Part shown: piece by piece, positions 11,008 to 19,180 of the stretch | Numbering within the stretch: the stretch's first letter is position 1 | How the letters are laid out: each line of letters opens with the position of its first letter | Assembly (NCBI GenBank): GCA_013416795.1 | Contig: RQSC01001240.1 | Span: 72,406 to 104,735 of the forward strand | DNA: 32,330 bases | Source of the DNA: Prasinococcaceae sp. CCMP 1430 | Lineage: Eukaryota; Plantae; Prasinodermophyta | Direction: 5' to 3' | Program-made: the position numbers and the translations under genes | Notes under the pieces: generated by a model | What the model was told of the DNA's origin: nothing | The model's database searches: none | What the model saw: the letters and a program-made list of their open reading frames with translations, nothing else

Positions 11008-12819
11008 TCAGAGGTCCAAGCTGCCATCTACGCCGCTCTCCCACTCGCCCAACTCACCGTTCGGGGGCGGCGGCGGCGGCACGCTTTCCCGCTCTCCCCC
11101 GAGCGCGGCCTGCTCCCTCAGTCCCTCCTTCTCCTCTTCAATGGCGGGATCTGGCAGCACGCCGAGGATCTTTCGGAAGAGGGGCGGGGTGTCGATGAGT
11201 CCGAAAGCGACCGCCACTGCCACCACCACCGTGGCCATCACAAACTGACGCACACACACGTACGCCAGGTCGATGCCGATTCGCTTCATCTCGGCCATGA
11301 TGCCCGTCTGTTCTCTCACAGGCACACTCTTGGGCTTTGCCGCCACGCCTTCCTCCGCGCCATCGCCACCGCCACCGCCACCGCCGGCCGCCCTCGCCTT
11401 CTCTGCACCTCCAGAGTCCCGCTCGACATTGGACTCGGGACTGGCCGCAGCGCCCTCGGCCGTCGGCGCCTCGAGCTGCTCGTGGCGTTCCTTTTCCTGG
11501 CCGGCCGGTGGGCTGGCACCCACGCCGGCGGGCATTTGTCCTGGCGCAGGCGTCGCAACAGCGGGCTCGAGCGCGTCGCCCTCGCGAAGGAGCTGGTGCA
11601 TGGACACCTTGCGCCCACGCAGCCTGCAGAATTCCTGCAGCTTGCGCATCTTGTTGAGCGTTCGCATCACCACGGGATCGTTCTGGTGGTGTGCCACCTC
11701 ACGGTAATCCGCACGCACTGCTTCAATGGCGGTGCGCACGTGGGGCCTCTGAAAGTCCGCCTGGAACTCGTCGTCCGAGCGGAACGCTTCCAACACAAGA
11801 GCGAGCTCCTTTTGCCACTTGGCCTCATCCGCGGCGTCCTTGTCACCCTTTGCCTCCGCGGCCTTCGCGGCTTTCTCATCGGCCCTCGCGGCGTCGCGCT
11901 CGGCGCGCTCGCTCTCGCCGGATCCGTGCACAGCTTTGCGCTTGCGAAGTGCGACGGCAGCCGCGCGGGCTTCGCGTGCTCGGAAGATCTCAGCCTCGTC
12001 CGCGGTCTCGGCGTCCGGCTCGGCGTCGAACGCTCTCTGCGGCAGGTGGTCCAGCGCCGTGTGGCCGTCGATGTCCTCGGCGTTGGGGTCTGCGCCGGCA
12101 TCGAGCAGCGCTTGCACTGCGCCGCCGCGTCCTGCGCGCGCTGCCGCGTGCAGGGGCGTTGCGCGGTCATCGTTGTCGGTGTCTTCGAGTTCGAGGCCGC
12201 GCGCGCGCAGGAGGCGGCACGCCCTGACGCCGCCACACGCCGCCGCGAAGTGCAGCAGGCTGGCGCCGCCCACGCGTGTGCCTTGCACGCGCGCCTTGGC
12301 GTCACACAGCGCTTCCATCATTTTTTCGTCGTCGCGCAACGCGGCCTCCGCGAGCGGCGTCATGCCCGCGCGCGACACCGCGTTGGCGTTGGCGCCCGCC
12401 TCGCAGAGCGCGCGCACCGTCTGGGCCGTCGCCTGCCGCGCGGCGAGCAGCAGGGGCGTCTCGTCGCCGCAGTCGGTGCTCTCCATCCACGCGCCCTTGG
12501 ATGCGAGCAGCGCCACCGCAGGCGCGTGGTCGTACAGCGCCGCGAGGTGCAGAGGCGTGCGGCCCGCCTTGTTGTCCACGTCGAGCTCGAGGCCCCTGCT
12601 GGTGAGAAACTTGATCACCTCGACGTGTCCCTTTGACGCTGCGATGTGCAGCGTGGTGTTGGCATTGTCGTCCTTGGCCGCCGGGTCGCATCCCGCCGCG
12701 ATCATGCGCGCCACTGCGGGCACGTCGCCCAGCAGGCACAAATGCAGCAGGCGCTGGTTGGCCGCATCCTGGTCCTTGGCCTGGTCGGCCGCAGCCTGGT
12801 ACGCCGGCGGCGCTGCCAT
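11008..12819 (-). CDS. Ankyrin-repeat protein with an STI1/HOP-DP-like domain and a C-terminal transmembrane helix, 603 aa
   Basis: Repeated TxLHxAA/TPL ankyrin motifs (~12760-12030). DDEFQADFQRPHVRTAIEAVRADYREVAHHQNDPVVMRTLNKM (~11775-11638) resembles the Tic40/Hop STI1 domain. Hydrophobic FVMATVVVAVAVAFGLI near the C-terminus. Confidence 0.85.
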   Translation of the reverse strand: MAAPPAYQAAADQAKDQDAANQRLLHLCLLGDVPAVARMIAAGCDPAAKDDNANTTLHIAASKGHVEVIKFLTSRGLELDVDNKAGRTPLHLAALYDHAPAVALLASKGAWMESTDCGDETPLLLAARQATAQTVRALCEAGANANAVSRAGMTPLAEAALRDDEKMMEALCDAKARVQGTRVGGASLLHFAAACGGVRACRLLRARGLELEDTDNDDRATPLHAAARAGRGGAVQALLDAGADPNAEDIDGHTALDHLPQRAFDAEPDAETADEAEIFRAREARAAAVALRKRKAVHGSGESERAERDAARADEKAAKAAEAKGDKDAADEAKWQKELALVLEAFRSDDEFQADFQRPHVRTAIEAVRADYREVAHHQNDPVVMRTLNKMRKLQEFCRLRGRKVSMHQLLREGDALEPAVATPAPGQMPAGVGASPPAGQEKERHEQLEAPTAEGAAASPESNVERDSGGAEKARAAGGGGGGGDGAEEGVAAKPKSVPVREQTGIMAEMKRIGIDLAYVCVRQFVMATVVVAVAVAFGLIDTPPLFRKILGVLPDPAIEEEKEGLREQAALGGERESVPPPPPPNGELGEWESGVDGSLDL

Positions 12820-13368
12820 CGGTGCCCCCGCTCAGTGGGACAGACACCTGCCACGGGGGGCGGGGGTGGGGGTGGTGATGGGGGGCGAGTTCCGCCCGTC
12901 AGCCGCCCCCCCTGCCTCCTCCTAGAGGCGCCTACCCCCTCCCACGTGCGTGGCCCTCGCTCACGTGCCCCCGGCCCGCGCCGCCGTCGCCTCCGCCGCC
13001 CCCATCGCCGCCCGCCCGCACTGTGGCACCGCAGCGTCGGCCCCGCCGCCGTTACCGTCGACAATTCGCGGAAAGGCAGATTTCGCGGCCGCGAATTGGA
13101 CTTCCGGAGAAGCGCGCGCGGAGACGAGGGGTGTTTGTGCGTGTGGTGGTGGTTGCGGTGGCGGTGGTGGTGGGGCTCTGGGCTGAGCGGGACGCGCGCC
13201 GGAGCGCGGGCTCGCCGCGGGCTGTCGCGTCGGCGGAGGAGCGCGAAGTGGGTGGTGCGCCGAGGGCGCGCGGGTGAGGGGGGTGGTGAGGGGGACGCAG
13301 AGTTGCGAGCCACGCCCGGGCCACGGGAGGGCTGGCGGGACCGGCCCCTTCGTCGCGGTGCTTTGGCC

Positions 13369-15339
13369 ATGGGCGGTGATGCACAGCCGAACCTGAGCGG
13401 CGGCTGGGTGGCCGACTTTCCAGCGGAGGGAAGCGGCGGCGGCGTCCAAGGCGGGAGCCAAGGCTACGAGGCAGGTGGTGGAGCAGCGGGCGCGCCAGGC
13501 GGTAGCGAGAGCGGCGACGACGGCTGGGGCGAGGAGGAGCTCTCGCCGGTCGATGCCTACGCCGCCGGGGGACTGTTTGCGACGGCGAGCGCCGGCGTGG
13601 AGGGCGCGCGCGGATGGGCGTGGGGGGGGTGGGATGCGCCACAGCGACGGGGCAGCGTCGGCGACGACCGAGCTGGGACGCCGCCGGCAGACTGCCTATG
13701 CATGCGCGTCTTCCAGACGCTCGGGCTGCCGGTGCGGACTGGCCACGCGCTCACCCTCCAGGCGGCCGAGTGCGACGAAGCCGACCGCGGTCACCTGGCC
13801 GCGCAGTTCGCCGAAGCGCTGAGCGACTCGGCGACGGCACGCGCGGCCGCTCTCGTGCGCGTTGCGTGCGCGTGCGTGGGCGCAGGCCTGGGCGCGGGCG
13901 GGGGCGCGGACGTTCCGCCCGTGTACGACGCTCGTGCTCGTGCCGCGCTGTGGGCAGTCGCCGTCTGGCTGGGAATGTCGCCCGCCGACGCGCGGAGGGC
14001 GGAACTGCGAGCGCTTGGGGCGGCGGCAGTCGACACCCTCGCCTTCGACCATGCGTCCACCGCCGAGGCGGCGTCTGCACAAGCAGACGGCGCCCCTGAG
14101 CGCGCGGCGGCGCTCACGAGCTCAAAGTTCCGCGCTGCCAAGGTCGCAGGCGCGTCGATCCTGGGCGGCACGCTGCTCGCGGTGACAGGCGGCCTCGCCG
14201 CGCCTGCGCTTGCCGGTGGCTTCGCGGCGATGGGCCTGGGGGGCGCCGTCACGACGGCGGCCACAGCGGCCACGGCTTCGACCGCCGCCGTCGGAGCGAC
14301 CTTCGGCGCTGCGGGCGCCGGCGTAGCCGGCTGGAAGATGTCCAAACGCACCGGCGGGCTCGACGGCTTCGGCCTCACCTCGCTGTGCGAGGGGCCCATA
14401 GCTGCCGCCGTGTGCGTGAACGGGTGGGTGAAAACTCCTGAGGACTTCAGTGCGCCATTCGAGTGCCTCGTCGAGCACCCGGCCTTTCGCGGCACCGCCG
14501 AGGTGTGCTTCCTGGAGTGGGAGCGCGAGGCCCTGCTAAAGCTGGGCAGCTCGCTCTACGACGTGGTCAAGAACCAGGCGGTGGGCTACGCGCTCAAGCA
14601 ATCCATAAAGTACTCGGCCCTCGCTACGCTCGCCACGGCGCTGGCGGCGCCCGCCGCGGTGGTGGCTGCAGCGGGCACGATCGACAACGTGTGGGGTACC
14701 ACCATGGACAAAGCGAAGCGCGGCGGCGTGCTGCTCGCGCACACGCTTCTCGAGCGCGCGCAGGGCGGGCGGCCTGTGGTGCTCGTTGGCATCTCGCTTG
14801 GGGCGCGCATGGTCTTCGCGTGCCTCGAGGAGTTGGCACGGCACGAGGAGCGTTTCCAGAATCAGCAGGATGGCGGCACGGGCACGAGCGGCCGTGGGCT
14901 CGTGCACCACGCCATTCTGCTGGGTGCACCTGTGACCGCCGCGCCCGCGCGATGGACCGCCGTTCGTAGCGTCGTCTCCGGCTCACTGGTGAACGCGTAC
15001 AGCCGCAATGATTGGTTGCTGGAGTGCCTCACGCGCGTGTGCCGCTGGGGTTCGCCTGCCGCGGGCCTCGCGGCCGTCCAGTGTGCTGGCGTACGCAATG
15101 TCGACTTGAGTGGCACCCGTGCTGGTCGCGGCGACTACTCGGCGGCGACAATGGCCCGAACTTGGCCGAGGCTTGTAGCAGCCACCGAGGGCGCCGACTT
15201 TGCGTTTCCCGCCGGCCAATGGGACGTGGTCGTGTCGGATGACGAGGATGAGGACCGGCTCGCGCGTGACCCAGAGGATGGAGGCGCGAATGTGGAGGGC
15301 GTGACGAGCTCGGACCCGCTTTGGAGCCCGGGCTTGTGA
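13369..15339 (+). CDS. DUF726 / TMCO4 / Mil1-like membrane alpha/beta-hydrolase-fold protein, ~656 aa
   Basis: Gly/Ala-rich TM hairpin GGTLLAVTGGLAAPALAGG, then IDNVWGTTMDKAKRGGVLLA, RPVVLVGISLGARMVFACLEELA (GxSxG) and NAYSRNDWLL. Start taken at the first ATG after the GC-rich leader. Confidence 0.92.
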   Translation: MGGDAQPNLSGGWVADFPAEGSGGGVQGGSQGYEAGGGAAGAPGGSESGDDGWGEEELSPVDAYAAGGLFATASAGVEGARGWAWGGWDAPQRRGSVGDDRAGTPPADCLCMRVFQTLGLPVRTGHALTLQAAECDEADRGHLAAQFAEALSDSATARAAALVRVACACVGAGLGAGGGADVPPVYDARARAALWAVAVWLGMSPADARRAELRALGAAAVDTLAFDHASTAEAASAQADGAPERAAALTSSKFRAAKVAGASILGGTLLAVTGGLAAPALAGGFAAMGLGGAVTTAATAATASTAAVGATFGAAGAGVAGWKMSKRTGGLDGFGLTSLCEGPIAAAVCVNGWVKTPEDFSAPFECLVEHPAFRGTAEVCFLEWEREALLKLGSSLYDVVKNQAVGYALKQSIKYSALATLATALAAPAAVVAAAGTIDNVWGTTMDKAKRGGVLLAHTLLERAQGGRPVVLVGISLGARMVFACLEELARHEERFQNQQDGGTGTSGRGLVHHAILLGAPVTAAPARWTAVRSVVSGSLVNAYSRNDWLLECLTRVCRWGSPAAGLAAVQCAGVRNVDLSGTRAGRGDYSAATMARTWPRLVAATEGADFAFPAGQWDVVVSDDEDEDRLARDPEDGGANVEGVTSSDPLWSPGL

Positions 15340-15543
15340 GAGGCACCGCGACGTGTTGCCCGTGCGTCTCGCCGCGCGGGTGATACGATACGGCTGATGG
15401 CAAGGCGTGATGGGAGGGTACGCAGGCCCTCAAACGATGCCCCGCCGCTTCAAGAATTGGCACGCCACCTCCTGCGAGCTGGCGCGCAAGCGCATCTCTC
15501 TGTACATTTGTTTTCACTGTGTATGTACCTGCGCGCACGAAGC

Positions 15544-15580
15544 TGAGCCTGAGCCTGAGCGCGAGCGCGAGCGCGCGCGC
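15544..15580 (+). repeat. Short (GAGCCT)/(GAGCGC) hexamer tandem run
   Basis: Reads gagcctgagcctgagcgcgagcgcgagcgcgcgcgc, in the intergenic region. Confidence 0.6.
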
Positions 15581-15877
15581 AGGCACAAGAGCTCGGCGGA
15601 GCGCGACCCGCTTGCCAGTCTACCGTACATACAGTACCATCCTGATGGTAGAGTACAGCATTGCTTCCATCAACCCTGGAAAATGCAAATCTCAAATGTT
15701 CGCGCTGAGGTTTGGGTTTTGACGCGGGCGCCCCCGCCCGCCCGCGCCGTGAGGCGAGAGGCGTCGGGCGGGGCGGCGGCTGGCGTCGGTGCCAGTGACG
15801 ACATTCGAGGTCCCGCTGGAGGAGGGCGCCGGTGCCAAGGCCGCGCGGCGTCGCGGCGCTGCCGCGCGGCAAGGCAG

Positions 15878-18577
15878 ATGTGCGCAACGAGCGCGGCGGA
15901 CGCCGCATCGGCCGCTCAAGAGCGCGACGCGCGCGCAGCCCCGGCGCCCGGTGGGCGACCGCCAGCGCTCTCTCGCTGCGAGCACCTGTGTGGTGACCCT
16001 GCGGCGGGCAGGCGCTGCAAGTCGGCGACGGAGGGGGCGCACACGCGCACATGCTCAGCACATGCGCCCGAGGCGCTCGCCGAAATCCGCACGCGCTCGT
16101 ACGCGCAAGCAGAGGCCACTGCCCCCGCGGAGCCCAGGCGGCGGCATCGGCGCCTCGAGACGGCCTGCGCGCGGCCCAGTCATGCCCCACCGGCGGTCGA
16201 CGTGTGCGCGCTCTTCCCGTGCCGGGCAGCCGCATTCGCCGAGACGGGTGCGCGCTGGCCGCTGCACGTGGACCTCGGCTGCGCAAAGGGTGGTCTCGTG
16301 CTCGCCCTTGCGGCCGCTCGCGCGGACACGTGCTTTCTGGGCGTCGAATTCCGTTCTGAGCTCGTAGAAGCCGCCAACGAGCTCGTGAGGGAGCGGGGTC
16401 TCGCGAACGCTGCCTTTGTCGTGGGGGACGTGGCCGCCGAAGGCTCGGACGATGCCGTCGCCTCTGGCTTTGGCGCTCTGACCGACGAGCCCTCGAGTCC
16501 GCTGTGCAGGCTCCTCGCGTCGGCCCGCCGGGGGGGGGCGGAGATAGTCGGCGTCAGCGTGCTGTTCCCCTCGCCGCTCAACCCTCGACGCAGGGAGAAT
16601 CCCAAGACGTCGAATCGCGATGGATCCAGCAACGGGGGCACCGGCGACGCGCGCTACATGCGGCGCGTGGCCGACGGCAGCGGCGCGAATCGCCGCTTGA
16701 AGACACAACGCCTCCTGACCCCGGTAGGTGCGCGTGCTGTAAGCGCGCACCTCACGTGCGGTGGGGAGCTGCACGTCGCCTCGGACTACGAGGGGATTGC
16801 GACCTCACTGTGCGCTGCCGTGCGGCAGGGCGACCGCTTGGGCGTTGGGGAACCCTGCCCGTCACGGCTGAGAGAGCGAAACGCTGTGTGGGAGGCGTCA
16901 CCGACGCTCGGATTGCCAACCGAGCGGGACCGCGTCTGCCAGGTGGAGTGGCGCCCTGTCTGGCGAAAGGTGTGGGTTGCGATCGGGACGCCGCAGGAGC
17001 TTTCGCCGACCAGCGGCGACAACGCCGGCGACCGCCTAGTGGCGACGTCACATGAATCTGCAGAAATTCAAGGCTCGCTCGGAGGAGACGGGCCGGTGGG
17101 GGACGCTACAGGCTCAGGTGTGGGCGCAGGCGCAACTGTTCTCGTGCGTGAGGGCGGGTGCGAGCTGCGCGTGTCCGCAAGACTGGCGTCATCACCGGGC
17201 GGGACGGCGGGCTTCTTCAATCCGCGCATGCGCGCCAACCGCGAATTTGCACTCGCAGCGCTGGCGGCTGCGACCGCTCTACGGTTGCGTGAGAGCGGCC
17301 AGCCAACCGCACACGCCCTTGACGCCTGCGCGGCGTCTGGAGCTCTTGGTCTCCGCTGGGCCACACAGGGGCAGTCCGCAGCTGCCGCCGCCGCGCGCGC
17401 CGTCCGGCCGCTCGACACTCGACCGCTTCCCGAGATACGAGTGCACCTCAACGACCTCGACGAGCAGTGCGTGCGCCTCTGCGAGGTCAACGTTACGGCG
17501 AACGGCCTGTCGACGCGCGTTGAGGCCGTGCATGCGCGCGACTGCCGCGCGCTGTTGTGCGAGCGCGTCTTCGATTTCGTGCACCTCGATCCCTTTGGCA
17601 GCGTGGCGCCACAGCTTGACGCTGCCTTTGGCTCGGCGCCGCACGGCAGCGTCGTCTCTCTCACCGCCACCGACACTGCGGCCATATACGGAATCTATCC
17701 CAGGTGCGAGCATCTGCGCGCGGCGTGTGCCCGTCCTCGCCGTAGCGGCCGCGTGCGCTCAGGAAGCGCGTGGCAGAGGGGTCTCTGACGCGCATGCGCG
17801 CGCGCCGTCGCGCGCCGCTGCATCCGCAGGGTCGGACTTCGCCTGTACGGTGCGAGGGTCTCCCGTCGTGTGCCTGCGTTTCGCGAGTGCGGCGCTCGCG
17901 CGCTCGCCGCCGCTTGCGTGTACGCCGCTGCGCGCCACGGCCGCGGTGTGTCCGTGCTGCGTGTCGCCGCGACTGAGCACTTCGTTTCGATGGCCGTCGG
18001 TGTTCGCAGAGGCATGCGCCACGCCGACGCATCGCTCGACCGCGTGAGGCGCTGTCGCTACGCGCCACGCACCGACACGTACGATTGGCTGGGGGAGGAG
18101 GCCCCTTCGGAGGAGTACGCAGAGGTTGCTGGCGGCGACCAGGGCGAGATGTTGGGTCCTCTTTGGAGCGGCCCGATTTTCGACGCGGAGTGGGTGCGCG
18201 CCGAGTGCGCCGCGCTCGAGGAGGCCGCGCCCGACGGCCCCGCGATTGGCATTCTGCGCAAGGTGGCGATGGAGGCCTCTTGTGACGAGGGCGACGAGGG
18301 CGACGCTTGCTTCTACCACGAGGTGCACAGCGCCTCGCGGCGCGTAGGGGTGACGGACGCGCCGCGGCTCGCACGCGTTTTGGAGCGCATCAACGAGCGC
18401 GCGCGCGGCCGCGGTGGCGGCGAAGGCGGCCGCGCTTGCGCCGCCGCCGCCGCCACACACTTCGAGGCCGGGCGCATACGATCCGCGGGAGGCGCGCGCG
18501 CCATCGAGGACGCCATACGCTCGCTCGCCGAGGAGCGCAGCTCGCTCGCCGAGGAGCGCCCCTCGATCATGTTGTAA
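15878..18577 (+). CDS. tRNA methyltransferase fusion: CCCH zinc-finger-like + TrmB(m7G46)-like + Trm1/TRMT1L-like; join(15878..17703,17830..18577), ~857 aa
   Basis: TrmB motifs: LHVDLGCAKG, FLGVEFRSELV, VSVLFPSP, GGELHVASD, PTERDR. Trm1 motifs: FFNPRMRANR, LDACAASGALGLRWA, VHLNDL, FDFVHLDPFG, LTATD, EHFV, LGPLWSGPIF. No stop lies between the two domains. Splicing gives IYPR|VGLRLYG. The start could alternatively be 15683. Confidence 0.85.
17704..17829 (+). other. Spliceosomal intron (126 bp, phase 2)
   Basis: Donor GTGCGA at 17704, CTGAC at 17785-17789 (contains the in-frame TGA), acceptor CGCAG ending 17829. Confidence 0.88.
18519..18559 (+). repeat. 20-bp direct repeat, period 21, encoding SLAEER x2 at the C-terminus of the fusion protein
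   Basis: gctcgctcgccgaggagcgc at 18519-18538 and 18540-18559. Confidence 0.85.
18573..18577 (+). terminator. TGTAA polyadenylation-type signal overlapping the TAA stop codon
   Basis: ...ATG TTG TAA. TAA is otherwise rare here, as most stops are TGA. Confidence 0.4.
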
Positions 18578-19029
18578 CCACTGTAGAGTAGTGTTCGTGT
18601 CTAGTACTACACGTTGCGTACGCACACTGCGCAGGATGGTGTGCTGGTGCTGCGCTGGACTGTACCATGATGCTACAGTAGCTAGACTAGCTACAGTACA
18701 CTGTGTAGTACGGTACCATCGATGGCACAGGTGGCCGTAACCCAAATATTTGGGGTGTAGACCCTGACACACGCACACGCGCCATCTGATGATGTCTTTG
18801 CATTCCTCCCTTTGCTTTCTTTGCCTCTGCGCTCGCGCGGCGCTGCGCACGGGCGTCGAAAATCAAAAAAAGGAGGCGGCGCAGCGGTGCGCGCGTGAGC
18901 GTGTGCGGGGGGAAGGGGAGCGGGGGCGTGCTCGTGACGCAGCAGTTTGACGGCGCGGTCGTGCGCGCCGCGGGCGCCGGCCGCGCGTGATGTGGCCACG
19001 CGCGCGGGCGAGATCCCTCATCCGCGCGC

Positions 19030-19146
19030 ACACACACACACACGCGTGCTCACATGCGCACGCACGTGCTCGCACGCACGCGCACGCGCCCACCCACCCA
19101 CCCACCCACGCACGCGCGCACGCACGCACGCTCGCTCGCGCGCACG
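19030..19146 (+). repeat. Compound simple repeat (CA)n / (CACG)n / (CCCA)n
   Basis: cacacacacacacacgcgtg...cacgcacgcacg...cccacccacccacccacccacg read directly. Confidence 0.85.
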
Positions 19147-19169
19147 TGTGGCGCGGCGCCGCTTCCAGT

Positions 19170-19180
19170 ATTAGGGTTTA
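19170..19180 (-). promoter_or_regulatory. Telo-box-like motif (AAACCCTAAT on the minus strand)
   Basis: Plus strand ATTAGGGTTTA. The segment 19171-19180 is a 10-nt match to (TTTAGGG)n. Function is not shown. Confidence 0.4.

Noticed and set aside
12646-13368. N-terminal extension of the DUF726 ORF to 12646
   Set aside because: It overlaps the antisense ankyrin gene and its promoter, and is low-complexity Arg/Pro/Trp sequence. ATG 13369 is more plausible.
17870-18577. 235-aa ORF as a separate gene, or the TGA at 17786 as a pseudogene lesion or readthrough site
   Set aside because: A canonical 126-bp intron removes the stop and restores Trm1 continuity.
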